From assembly GCF_009914755.1 (NCBI RefSeq), contig NC_060947.1: a stretch of DNA of 64,000 nucleotides. One strand, 5' to 3'. Shown one piece after another: positions 25,587 to 43,290 of this stretch. The translations under genes and the position numbers were made by a program. This DNA comes from the human T2T-CHM13v2.0 reference genome, Homo sapiens. The notes beneath the pieces were generated by a model. The model worked only from the letters and a program-made list of their open reading frames with translations. It was not told where the DNA came from and searched no databases. The first letter of the stretch is position 1. Each line of letters starts with the position of its first letter.

Positions 25587-25787
25587 TAATGAGATTTCAA
25601 AAAGAGAAAGGCAGGCCACTGAGTGGTTATTTGTCGTTAGGTTTTGGCATTTGTGGTTGATACAGCGGGTGCTTTGCTGCTATATTGCCATATTGACAGG
25701 GGGTGTGAAAGAGTGGTAACAAAGACTATTTATTCCACCAAGCACCCAGGCCCTGGGGGACAGGTGACTTGGACAGCCCATGCTTGA

Positions 25788-26137
<350 letters not shown>

Positions 26138-27046
26138 GTTATAAAACTTTTTCAATATGCCTTTCAGGGTCCATCATAGTAGTAATAACAAGTCCTTGTG
26201 CTTGAATAGCTGGCTGCAGTTTGTGCAGCATTTTAAAATCCTTGATCACACCTCTCAGGAAAGCAGTATCATCTCCATTTTGATGATGAGATGGAGGCTG
26301 AGAGAGACCTCAAGGTTTCTATGCAAGGTAGTGTTTGAGTGGCACCTGACTGGAATCCTGGATATCTGGTTACCCTTCTGCAACCTGAAGCTTCTAGTAC
26401 CTCATCCTCTGTCTCCTTTGTTGGGCCTTTGGGAGGGAGTAGTTTGTTGCCCAGAAGGAGAGACACCACAGCCATCACAATGAGCTCTTTCATGGGGTCG
26501 AGTTGTTTAGAGGACTTGATAGTCCTAGCAGCTTCTCTGGCCTTTTTGTGCCTCACTTTTCAGAGCCGTGTCGTTCTTTTCTCTGGAGTCAGGAAGCCCC
26601 TCCATAATTTTTTTTTTCCCCACTGACCAAGGTCCAGAACAGGGAGTGTGGACACAGGAATCAAGGAATGTTCTGCAGTGTGCTGTCTTCTAACTTCCTG
26701 ATATAGATGTCCAGCATGCCTTGCTGATTGATGATGTTCATGGAGATGAAACCATCCTTTCAGGACCATGGTGTGCCTGAAACGGTAGGTTAACAAGTTT
26801 GAGTTTTATCTTGTAGGCTGACATTAGCTATGGATGGGTCAGTGTGCTAAGGGTTAGAAGGAAACCCTGGGAACAAGCTGTGTGTTCTGGGATGTTGTTG
26901 CAGGAGGACAAGTAGGAAGCAGGGGGAGCTCTGCAGGGCTAAACAAGGTGAAGGAATACATCCTAGATGTGATATAATAAATACTTTTTTTTAACAGATT
27001 AATTGCTATAGCTGGCTTCTCAGCTTCTAGCAGGTGGTTACAATAA

Positions 27047-27438
<392 letters not shown>

Positions 27439-27726
27439 TAGGGGCAAAGGGGCCTAGTCTTATTTCCCAGTTCCGAGCACAGAAAGACTCAGAGTAAATG
27501 CTTGTTTGAATGATAGGAATTTTAGAACTTTGCTCATGGAAACTGGCAACAAATTCCCAACAAGGACTGCCAATCCTTAGCAGAGTCTTTCCTGCTTGTA
27601 TATTAGGCACCTGGGTGGAACCACCAGGGTCCTGTTTAGTGTGCTGGAGCAGGCTTTGACTAACTAGAAAGTAGTTGGTTAAATAAAACCCTGGTGGCTG
27701 GCAGAGGTAATTTCTCCCTAACGGCC

Positions 27727-27902
27727 TGTTAGAGAAAGATTATTGTGACACTTATTAAAATGGTAACGAAGACTTTCTTCAAGGCTGCTGCAATAAGGGA
27801 CAGAGACCGAACTCAACTCTAAATACAACAAGGTCCAGTGGGGATTTATAGCCAATCCATTTACAGAGTAAAGGGGTCAATGGATGGAAAATTACTAAGA
27901 GA
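27727..27902 (-). mobile_element. MER31-like ERV1 LTR fragment
   Basis: gaactcaactctaaatacaacaagg...ggggatttatagccaa...tggatggaaaattactaagag. Confidence 0.65.
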
Positions 27903-27997
27903 AGCTTGATTATATCTGGCACTTGCCATACCACCACCTCCACTTGCATGCTCCACTCTTAGGCAGGCACACCTGGTGGAAAGCTGAAGTGGATGCC

Positions 27998-28176
27998 AGT
28001 GTTTGCCCGGTAGAGCTGCCCATTAAAATCACCTGGGAAGCAGCTTGAAAAATACCTATGCCTGGGCTCTTTCCCATACCTAGTAAATGCAAACTAATGA
28101 GGGATTCGACAAGGCATCTATATGCTTAACAAGCTCCCTGCTGATTCTTATTATCAGCCGGCTTTGGGACCCACAG
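27998..28176. mobile_element. MER5-family hAT-Charlie MITE
   Basis: cattaaaatcacctgggaagc...aacaagctccctgctgattctta. Confidence 0.65.
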
Positions 28177-28402
28177 CTTTACACTATGGATTGACCGAGG
28201 GGACAATAGAGAGGGAATGGGAACTGGCTATTGGGTGGGGATAGAGAGGAGCAGGGAGAAATAGGGGAGGCTGGAGCAGATCCAGTGTCTATTTTGCTCC
28301 CTTTCCCCACAGACATGGGTTCCACCCTTGGGGGATGCAGAGGGAAGGCAGTAGGGCTACCAGGACTTGTCTGTCTACTCATAAAAATGGCAAAGTAAGT
28401 GA

Positions 28403-28843
<441 letters not shown>

Positions 28844-30729
28844 TAAAACTTGCTCTCTGATACAAAGGTATTTGAGGAAATAAAATAACCCCCCAAAAAG
28901 TAAAAGCTTTTCTCTTGGAATAGACTGGTTAAGTATAGGTAAGGTTTGCATTGTTAAGGAAAACTGGCATTTTTAAAACGGACAAATCCAGAAATTAAAA
29001 GACTAGATGCCCCAAAGTAGGAATTTCAGGCATCTGAGAGGGGGCCGCAAGGTTGTGTGTGTGTGTGTGTGCGCATGTGCATGCGTGTGCTCCCGTATGG
29101 AGGTGGAGGAGGGCTCTCTAGTATCTTACAAATGACACAGACATAGATAGCTTTCTTTGCCTATGTCTAAAGTCGGCTCAGCTACTTTGTTATGCCCCAG
29201 ATTCCTAGGACTTTCTGGGAGATGTTAGGCAGAGTTCTTTTTCCTAAAAGGACAGAAAAATGAAAGGTTTAAAACTAAACCCTGACTCCCAGGTAAGATG
29301 CAACCCTTACTGAAATAGCACTATGTCAGCAAAACATGGTCTCATTGGCTCATTATCAGGTGAGGTCAGGACATTATTTCTGGTAGCTTCTGAAAGCCAC
29401 AGCCTGTTAGAAAAAAAAAATCTTCTTCCTGAGGGTTTAATACAGCTTGCTCTCAGTTCTCAGGAGCGCTCTCGCTCGATCCCTCTCTCTTTTCTTGGGC
29501 CTCCTTTTAAAATGCTAATTAAATTTACTTGATCTCCACTCCGCGCTCCCCCCGCTAATTTTGGAGATCAAGAAAGGGAGCTTGATGTGTATAATAGATG
29601 TGCTTGTCTTTCCACCTGAGCTACCTTTGTATTTCATTCCCTTTTATTACAGGAAATTGTGTCGGGGCCCTAAACACTAACATACATAACATTGATTGTA
29701 TTCTGCATAACAAATTGGATTAGGATAATTACCACACAGATGTTAAAAAATCCTGAATGCAAATCAATGCAATTAGTCATGACTTAATATACTATAATTC
29801 ACACATTGGAATGTCTTATTGTGATTATACTATTTTAGAACTAAATGCATTAACAAAAAAAATTCTTTTGCTCTGTGCTGCACGTGCTCTGAACAAGAAA
29901 TTGTTTTATGCTAATCTGGAATTCCACCACTCAGAATTCTTATTAACTAATCAGATCCTTCAATTTCTCTTGCCCTCTTTTATATAGAGAAAGCCGCTTC
30001 TTTAGCAAGACAATTTCATGCGCAATTCAACTTGAATGCCACCATTATGAACAAAGGAATTTGCACACGGATGCTTTTGACAAACATGGCTTTAGAAAAC
30101 TGAGCCTTGGTGGTGGGGGGAAAGCCCTCCCCACTGATGGCCAGACCCCAAAACAAAGCAGATAGAGTGTAAGCAATTGGAATGGGTCCAAGTTAGTAGG
30201 CAAAAAGCAGACCTGTCACAAGGGCAGTAGGCTCAGAGCTGCCAGAAAGGGTTGTGCAGCTTGTACCCAGCTGAGAGGGTGAGTGGGGGCTGAACTCCAG
30301 CCTGGAATTCATGCTCCAAGCTGTGCACCAAAAGCAATGCTGTCTCTGACCCCAGGAAAGGGCTCCTTTTCCTAATTCACACAAAAGTGCCTGTGGGTAC
30401 AAGGCAGGAGTTCGGTCACAGAGAAAAAATAACAGCAGCTGGGACCCCTTGATTCTGAACTGTGAACTCAAATCCAATTCCTAAAGTCTTTTTTGGCTTA
30501 TCCTACCTCCCAGTGTTCTGTGCTGGCTTAGAATTGCTTAGAGTTCAAGGTGCTCATAGAACCTGTGATCTACATGGTACACTCTTTTTGCCTGTGATCT
30601 ACACGGTATACTCTTTTTGCAATTGTTCTGTATCTGATTTATGTCAAAGCTTTGCAAACCCAACTGATCTGGGGGACCCTTGAGGGCTAGGCTTGTGCCA
30701 TCATAATCCTCTCTGAAGTCCTCCCACCT

Positions 30730-31214
<485 letters not shown>

Positions 31215-31266
31215 ACCCCCACCCTGGCACAAAGCGCAGAGCTTCATGTTTAAAATAAAACTAGGC

Positions 31267-31452
31267 CAGCGTTTCTTACACTTGAGCATGTAATCAGAAT
31301 CACCTGGAGGTGAGTAAGACCTAGAGTGCTGGGGCCCCACCCCCAGAGTTTCTGATTCAGCAAGTCTGGAGTGTTGCCTGAAAATCTGCATTTCTAAAAA
31401 GTACCCAGGTGATGCTGCAGCTGATCTGGGGACCACACTTTGGGAACTGATG
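31267..31452. mobile_element. MER5A
   Basis: atcagaatcacctggagg...ccccacccccagagtttctgattcag...atctgcatttctaa...gaccacactttgggaac. Confidence 0.85.
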
Positions 31453-32447
31453 CTCTAGTATAAGCTTAATAAATAGATCCAATGGGGATGAGGCTGTTGC
31501 TCCTAAGTTGACATTAAGCCAGCAGAATGCTTCACAGACCTCATAGCAGGGTTTGTGGGCTCCCTGGCAATGTTTACTCAAGGTATGCATCTATTTAGCT
31601 CTGGTAACCTCAGCTCCCTCCCTGTGTAATCTCTCTTGATTGCATTCACTTGGCAATAGGCAAAGTTGTGGTTTGTCTTTGTTGCATCCAGTCTTGTTTT
31701 CACTCTGTCAATTTTAACTCTCCTACCCTCCTCCCTGCCTCTTCAGGTGCCAATGTCTTTCTAGTCTCTAACTTAGGGATGGCAAACCTACATGTTGTGA
31801 GTACTGGTGAAGAAGGACTCTACTTGCTTCCCAAGTAGGGAAGCAAGCTTTTGGAGGTAGTTGGCCACTTTTAGTGAACATATTGATTCCCTTTGAGGCT
31901 CTCTTTCTTTGTTCCAGGCAAGTCACCAAAATGGCCTTTTACTGAAATTGAGATCAAGATCCTGAATTTCAGACTGAATTTCTATTTGAGGCCAAAGTTT
32001 TTGTAACATGTTGGGATGATCTAGGCTGGTCCTGGCCAATTCCAGGGGTTGGGAAAAAGCAATAAAACTCTTGAGATAGAAGGAGACAGGACCAAGTGGC
32101 TGGTCTGTACACTGGGAGTCCTGAGGTGCAGGGAGGATTGGGGGATGTTTCTGCCAAATCTCTGAAGCTGCTGCTACGAGAATCCGCCTCAACACAGCCC
32201 CTCCAGTGGGCAGGTTTAAGCCACAAGCAAGGATTCATGTGTGGGAAAGAGTTGGAAAACCTCAGGACGACTTTATCTTGAAACATTTGTTGCAACCATG
32301 CCCCAGCATTCCTGTGGGTGATAGTCTAGCCCAGGGGCCATGGCTGAGTGGTGGTATCCAGGTGTATATCTGATATCCTATATTCTAAGGGACCCCAAGA
32401 TAAAGGCTGAATTTCCCATCAATATGGGTTTGTAAAAACTCAGTCAT

Positions 32448-32739
<292 letters not shown>

Positions 32740-33329
32740 AAAAACTCAGTCATAATAATTTGAGCATTAAAAGAAATGTCAAAATATGTGTCCAAGTGAT
32801 GGGATGCACATTACATGTGATATATATGTTTAAAACTACCTTGGTGAAAATTATAATAGTGAAAGAGATCTGATCTAACCAACTCTTATCTTGCCGTGAA
32901 CCTCCAACCTGTTCATTCCTGGGTGTAGGCTGTGCTAACTATAGGAGGAATTTAGTTTATAGTTTAACTTTGAAACAAAGATGATAGCTCTTTGCCCAAA
33001 CAAAGGCTCTCCTTGCCTCGGGACGAGACTGCCTTTGTAAAACTGACAAATTAGCCACGCGATTAGAAAGTATGGTTTAGGAGTCTTTCATCCAGAGGCC
33101 ACAAGATTCCTAACCTCCCCAGTTGCTCTTCTGGATAACATCACTACTGTATAATCTAACATTGGTGTTTGGGATACTTTTCAGACACCGCATTCTGACG
33201 GATCAGCTGGCGCCACCCAGACCAGAAATCTGACTCAACTAGTTCAGGAACTGAAGACAGCAAGAACTACCCCTTGACTCCAGGTGATTTCATCCCCAAC
33301 CCGACCAATCAGTATTCTCCACTTCTTAG

Positions 33330-33649
<320 letters not shown>

Positions 33650-33723
33650 CCAAATTATTCCTAAAAAACCCTAGTCTCTGAATTATCAGCGAGACTGATT
33701 TGAGTAATAAAACTCTGTTCTCC

Positions 33724-34126
<403 letters not shown>

Positions 34127-34408
34127 TCAGTAAACCAGCTCTATCTTGGCAGCAGGCAAAAAGACTCTTGTTGCCTCCCTTTTTTGCATCCATAGTGGAC
34201 ACTGTTATTTGTTCATAGCCTTTCCCACAGAGTTTTGGTGTGCCCTTTGAATCCTTCTGTTAGAATATTCTTGGTTGCAAGTAACAGAAAACAAACTTAT
34301 AAATAAATCCTTACCTAGCATTTACTATGTGCCAGGCAGGGGACTAAAGCCTTTATACATTCACAAAATTTACAGATCCTTTTAAACCAGCCATAGAAGG
34401 TAGAGTAG

Positions 34409-34756
<348 letters not shown>

Positions 34757-35057
34757 CTTTTTTTTTTTTTTTTCTTTTTAGTAGAGATGCAGCGTGTCTC
34801 CCAAAACCCAAGTTCCTGAATATAGGTGACCTTCAAAGATAAACTGGACCACAGGATAAACACAATGTGGATTCTCTCTCTACTTCTTGCTTCTGCACCC
34901 CTTTGTTCCTGTGTTTCATTCTTCTTTCTATAGACCAGCTTTTTCTTGTCCATATGGAGAAAAACATGGTAGCTAACATCACCTGGGTTTTACATGTTAT
35001 GGATTTGACCATCCACAGAGAGGAGCTGAGCTTTTTTTTTACAGTAGCTTCACAGTA

Positions 35058-35957
<900 letters not shown>

Positions 35958-37142
35958 TAATTTAAAAATCCCCTGGGAAGAGATTTCTTGGCTCAATTTG
36001 TGTTAGGTGTGCAGCCCTGGATGCATTCTCCTAGGGATCAACCTTTACTGACCCAATGCAACTTGCGAAAGAGGGATATAAAAACCATGGACAGAGGGCT
36101 GTGAATCTCACTGTAGAAACATGCCGTTCCCTCAGGCACTGAATGGATATAGAAGGGAAGGGAAAAGCCCTTGAAATAAGTATTGGGAATAAAATACCTG
36201 CCCACAACACCTTAACACAGCATCCCATCTGGTTTCTGCCAAGTGATCAGAATTGATACACGCTACTATTTGTCATCTCTGCCCTGGCTGCCTCCTATCA
36301 GTATAGGAAATTGATGTGGTATTCTCATTTGTACTGACTGTATTGGTCCAAGGAGAAGATCCTTATATCTGTCCAAGTTGCACACCCCACCCCCAACCCC
36401 CTTTCCCTGGCTTTGTAACGCCTTCCTGCTGTTATCCACTACTTCTTGACCTCATCCTGTATCATCCTGTAGGAGAACTCAGTCAACTGATTGCACTTCT
36501 AAGAAGCTTTTTCTAGACATGGTGCCAGAGCTGTTGTGGACAAGGAAATTGCCCTTGAGGAAGATGTGGCAGTTAGAGGAGTGAGGCAGGATGGCTGTGT
36601 CATCAAGAAAGTTTGTCCGACAATTTAGGCAGGACCTCACAGGGTACTGGTTAGATCCAGAAGCTGAATTTTGTCAGAGATACTTAGAGATCTGTAATCT
36701 CCTGGGCATAGACTCATGCTAACCAATGTAAATCACAAGGGATAGAGATATTAATACAAAGCTATAATTCCAACTTATTTTCAGGGGTACAGAGAACTAT
36801 TAATCAGGCTGGAGTTGGCATGTCAGCTGGTCAGGCTAGACCTGAAAGAAAAGCTAAATGATAGCAGAAGATTGTTTATGGAGCAAGGAATGAAAACTAG
36901 GAGCAGTTCCTTGGATGATCTTAATGGCATCTGCCATTCACCTGTGACAGCCCCACCCTTGGGATAGATCAAAGAGGAGAGACAAAATACTCATATTTGT
37001 ATGTGAAGATGAGCTCTCCTGGACTAGTTGAGCAACATGTTGAGAGTTTCTTGTTCTTTGACTCATTTTCTAGATCTCTATCCACACTTGCCTCTACTTT
37101 GGTTAACACATCTATCTTAAGCCTCAAATTATCAAGCTATTA

Positions 37143-37330
37143 GCAGTGTTACCTCAAAACCAGAGTTCTGAGAAAGGAACATTGTTCTGCAGGATGATAA
37201 TTGATGTTTTTCAGTTAAAAATGTCTTTTACATGGTCGACATTGAGTTAAATAGGTTTCTTTCCCACAGGATGTCTGAGAGCCTTTAGTGAACCAATATA
37301 CACTGTGAATTTCCAAAAGAAGGGTAGAAC
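37143..37330. mobile_element. hAT-Charlie fragment (MER103-like)
   Basis: gttaaataggtttctttcccacaggatgtctgagagcctttag...cactgtgaatttccaaaaga...tttatttgaccac. Confidence 0.5.
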
Positions 37331-37371
37331 CTGCAAATTTATTTGACCACTTAGTTGTATTTTTCAAAAGA

Positions 37372-37820
37372 AGTTATGCTGAGTGAAACAAGCCAGGCAC
37401 AGAAAGACAAATACTGCATCATTTCACTTACATGTGGAATCTAAAAAAGTTAAGCCCACAGAAGCAGAGAGTAGAATGGTGGTTACCAGAGGTTGGGATA
37501 GGGGGCAGGGATAGAGGTTGGGATAGGTTGGCATTAGAATGGGGAGATGTTGGGCAAAGGATACAAAATTTCAATTGGACAGGAGGAATAAGTTTTCAAG
37601 AGCTATTGTAAAGCATGGTTATCATAGTCAATAATAAAGCATATTTAAATTGCCAAAAGAATAAATTTTAAATGTTCTCACTACAAAAAAGTATATGAGG
37701 TGATAGAAATCCTAACTAGGTTAGTATAATCATTTCACAGTGTGTACATATATCAAAGCATCACCTTGTACCCCATAAATATATACAATTGTTATTTGTC
37801 AATTAAAAGTAAACATTTTA
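37372..37820 (+). mobile_element. L1MA 3' end
   Basis: agccaggcacagaaagacaaatactgcat...gaagcagagagtagaatggtggttaccagagg; aagttatg on both flanks. Confidence 0.85.
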
Positions 37821-37839
37821 AAAAAGTTATGAGGGAGAA

Positions 37840-38386
37840 TGTCTTAGTTTCCTATCTCTGCTGCACAAACTTGTTGGTTTAAAACACAATTTTTTATTTT
37901 ACAGTTCTGTAGTTCAGAAGTCCTGAAATCAAGGAGTCAGCAGAGCTGTGTTCCTTCTGGAGGCTCTAGAGGGGAATCTATTTCCTTGCTCTTCCCAGTT
38001 GCTAGGGATTACCCACATTTCTTGGCTTATGGCCCCTTTCTTCATCTTCAAAGCCAGTGACAGCATATCATCTTCAAATCTCTCTCTCTCTCTCCCTCTC
38101 CCTCTCCTCCCCTCACCGCCTCTCTACCTCCCACTTCACTGCCCCTCCCTTTTGCTCTGTCATCATATCTCTACCTTCTGACTCTGATGCTTCTGCTTCC
38201 TTCTGTTATAAGGACTCTTGTGATTACATCTGTCCTACTAGATAATCCAGATAATCATCCCACCTCAAGATCTTTAGCTCAATCTCATCTGCAAAGTCCT
38301 TTTTGCCATGTAAGGTAACACGTTGATAGGTTTCAGGGATTAGGATGTGAACCTCTTTGGAGAGAGTTATTATTTGACCTACCACA
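37840..38386 (-). mobile_element. MLT1C/D MaLR LTR
   Basis: tgtcttagtttcct...ttccttctggaggctctagagggga...atctgcaaagtcctttttgccatgtaaggtaaca...cctaccaca. Confidence 0.85.
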
Positions 38387-40065
38387 GGGAGCAATGGGAA
38401 ATACTGGACTATGGTATTAAACATGCTAATACAATCATACTGTACTAGGGTTATGCTAGTGTCAAACCTGATCAGATTTGGGGAGTTCCTGACATTTCTC
38501 AGATACCTCTTTAGAGGCTGGAGTTGGCTTCTACACTACCGACAAGATCTAATGTTCTCTACTGGTGGGGCAGTGGCAGAAGCTCCTGAAGGGAGAAGGA
38601 GCAAGGGCTTGTGCACTGAAGAAGGGGATTTTCCCCAAAGCTTCTTCTCAGAAACATACCCTTCTCAAAAAGACCAAAGTCATGCAGAAGAATTCTGTGG
38701 CAGTGGGTTAAAGTTACCTGTTTAATCGAAAGTAGAGATAACCTATCACTTTCATTTCAAATGGAAACCTGGGCTCCAGAATGTCTTAAATGACAGTGTT
38801 ACCAACCTGGGAAACCCCCCGTTGACTGGTGAGCAAGAAAGTAAGGCTGAAAGCAGGCGATCTTTTTATGCCACCTAATGTATTTATGACAGGTGCTCTG
38901 CTGTGTTTGGAGAAATGGACACCCGAAGTTTTCGGCTTTCCTGCAGAGAATATGTGATCCCTTCTTTCTTTCTCTAAGGATATTTAACTGTATTTCATGA
39001 TATGACAATAATAACTCTTGACTTTGATATAGTTTCTGCTAGGTCTGGGGTCCTCAGAACTGACTACATCACCAGAAATAAAACTGAAGACTAGATAGGG
39101 GTTATTGAGATCCCATTAAATACTGCCTTGGATAAGAACAGTAATTTCAGCTTAAGTGCTTGATTATGCTGAAGATTCTATTGCAGAGTATGAGTAACTT
39201 AGACTGAGAAATAATTCCTCATGTGGTTTTGGATCTGCTTGGGAAAATACATACCAGAGGTTTCCAGGCATCTCTTTCTTACCAAATCTCAATAGCATTT
39301 TCTTCACTCCCATGTTTTTCTCATCCCCACTGACACTGACTACCCTAACTTTTTATATTTTTTTAATATTTTGGCTTCAGTGGCCCAGCCTTATACTAGT
39401 TTTCCTTCTATTCTTTTGACCACATCTCTGCTTTATTTCCTGGCTCTTCTTTTTTCTTCTTTGTTATAACTGGATTCTCCTAAAGACATTCTCATGGACA
39501 CTCTCCTCTTTATCTTTATATACTCTTTCGTCAATCCATCCATTAAACATTTAAAAAGTATTTAAATATTTATGTTTGGAGACCTGTATTGTGCTCTGGG
39601 GATAGATAAACGTATTAGACACAATCCTTGCCTTCTGGGAGCTCAAAAACTGGGGAAGGAGACAGAAAATCAATGAAAATAGTATAGTGTAATATTTAGT
39701 ATGAAATATATAGGACATGTTTTATGGAACTCCATGGTAGGGGCATCTATATATTTCCAGTTGGGTTGCTTTCATCTAGAAATAACAGAAAATTCAAAAT
39801 GATTTAAGCAATGAGGATAAATATTTCTGATAACAAGAAATGTAAAGCCACAGAGGTTCCAGAGTTTGTCAATTCAGTAGCTTAAGGACATCATTAAGAA
39901 CCCAAGTGTTTTCCATCTTTTCATCTTTCTCATCTGCTATCTTAAGCAAATTCCTTTCAGGATTGCAAGAAAGCTGCAGTGGTTGCAGGCATCACATGTA
40001 GAAATGATAATGTTCACCAAAGAAAAAGGTGTTACTTGCAGTGAATTTGATTTTATGAAAAACCT

Positions 40066-40366
<301 letters not shown>

Positions 40367-40476
40367 TGAAAAACCTCTTTTTGAAGCCTCCACTCAACTT
40401 CTTTCAAGGACCCATTAACTAGGATTACCAATTACTGGCAAAGAGAATAAAGATGCCTTGATTGATTGGTTTAGAT

Positions 40477-40650
40477 CAGGGGATCTCAGCTTTGGCTGCA
40501 CGTGAGAGACACCTGGAGGGCTTTTAAAAAGCTCATGCCCAAGCATATCCTAGAGCAATTAAATCAGAATCTCTGACTGTGGACCCAGGGATCCACATTT
40601 TAAAAACTCCCCATCTGATTCCCCTGTGCAGCCAAGGTTGAGAACTATTG
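40477..40650. mobile_element. MER5A/MER5A1
   Basis: caggggatctcagctttggctgcac...caattaaatcagaatctctg...gtgcagccaaggttgagaactattg. Confidence 0.8.
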
Positions 40651-41575
40651 GTTTAGACCAATCCCTCTGATTTGTGTCTCTGGAGAGGGAAGAGCTCCCA
40701 GTCTCCCTTTAAGAACCGGAGTGACTGCTATAGGAGAAAATTGAGATTCTATACGCAAGGAAGAAATGAGGAATAGCTTTTTGGTGGGCAAATCACAATG
40801 TCTGCCACAGTGACTAATCAACATTCATGATTTCAGTTAGCATTTCTGTGAGGAGACTGATGCTTCTAGCTTTGACCTCGTCTGAGTTTCAACTGTTTCC
40901 TGGCATTTCTACTTGGATTTTTTCATCCACACCTCGATGTCAACTTGTTCCAAACCAAGTGTTCCAGCCTGCTGCCTCTCCTGATGACATTATTTTCATA
41001 ACATGCTACTAGCATTCTCAGGATATTTCAGGCTCAAATTCTTGGAATCTTTTCTTCTCTGTCTCCTTTACGACTATTTAAAAAGTCGCCTCACCCTGTT
41101 TTCATTTTGTTTTCTGGAGATGTTTTTATTCCACTGTACTATATCCTCTTCCAGACTGGTTCAGACTGCCCTTGCAGCATTGTATACTTGCATTCTGTAA
41201 CAGCTTCCTAGCTGGCTTCCTGATTCTAGCCTTAAACCTTTTCAGTTGATTCCGCATATCACTTGAACGAGTTTAGACATATTGTAGACATCACTGTAGA
41301 CATAGTGCTAAGATACTGCTTTCATTATGTCACTCTGCACAATGCCTTTTGATGGTTTCCAAATCCTACCTGTTTTCAGGGTCCTCCAAATTTCAGGGTT
41401 TTCCCATCTATTAAGGCCTGGTTCCAGCCCTAGTTCCTGTAGGAGGCATTTTCCATTTACTCCAGACCTCTTGGATCCACACAGATCTTGGTTCAACTCC
41501 TGACTGTTACGTAACTACCTGTGTTTCCTTGGCAAGTTGCATATGCTTTCTGAGTTTTAGTTTCCTCATCAGTAA

Positions 41576-41892
<317 letters not shown>

Positions 41893-42944
41893 ACTAGTTT
41901 TCATCTCATAGGGTTATTATCAGGATTAAATGAGTTCCTTTTCTCCCTGCCTTTTTTCTGACATCTTATGTTGCCTACTTTTTAGTACATAATGTAGCCT
42001 TTTATTATCTAATGCCCTGTACCCTGGGCTCATTGTTTTTTGCATGTAAATATCTTTTCACTACAACTTGACAGACAAGCTCTTTTAAGGAAAGGCGCTG
42101 TACTTGCCACTTTTCTTGTGTGCCCTCCTGAATTCTGTTGTATGCTAAGCCCATATAGAAGGTATTCCACAATGTTTGTCCACTTTTTAAGTATTAAGTA
42201 GCACAAACAAAAAGTACTATAGGAGCTGGGAGAACAAATCTGTCTGCAGCTTAAGGAGATGGAACTTCTGTTCAGAGTTACTTTTTGCTGTCTGCCTTTC
42301 AGTCAGCAGCCTCCCTGCTTGGTTCCTGGCACTGAGTTTCAGGTGATCTCATTTGGATAGAAGAATCTCCATCCCAGTTTTCATTGCTTTCACTCTTGGA
42401 GCAAGGTAGAGATCTGACTTCTATGGCACTAAGCTTGCATTCAGTGGCCTGTTCATCATATCAGCAAAGGCTAATGTCTTTGTCTTCTGGTAGGGTAGGG
42501 TGATTTTCTCATTGGAAGCTCCATTTGGGTGTTGCTTTCTAAGTGTTACCAAAGTTGTTGCAAGGTGTTAATGCAAATGAGGATAAACAAAAGTGTGACT
42601 CTTTCTTGGAGAAAAAGGTATCATATATTTTGCTCTGTGGCTTCACATGGTTTTGGGTGTTTTTGTTGTTATTGTTTTGTTTACTTGTTTGATTCTCAAA
42701 TTGTGATATTCCTCTTCCCTGTAACCCGTTTGAATTGGAATCTACATCACTGGGAGTTGGGAAAAAAAAGCCTTGGGCAGAGAATTAGAAGACCTGAGTT
42801 TGTTTGTAGCTTTAGCCAAGTTAGTCCTTCTTATTGTGCCTCAGTTTCCTCATTTGCAAAATAGGAATAATGCCTGCCCTGCCTATTTCACATTGATGTG
42901 GAGAGAAAAGATGACCAGCTGCATAAGCATGCTTAGGAAAGTGA

Positions 42945-43290
<346 letters not shown>

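Noticed and set aside
26157-26796. Overlapping ORFs in semi-unique sequence as a possible coding exon
   Set aside because: No recognisable protein similarity, partly MIR/L2-like, and no convincing splice-site pair.
29188-29298. Possible 92-nt exon (ccccag/att...ccag/gtaaga)
   Set aside because: Weak polypyrimidine tract and no coding signal; indistinguishable from a chance site pair.
41272-41308. tagacat repeated three times (and similar short duplications at 37495-37530 and 51252-51296)
   Set aside because: Ordinary micro-duplications in decayed repeats with no further structure.
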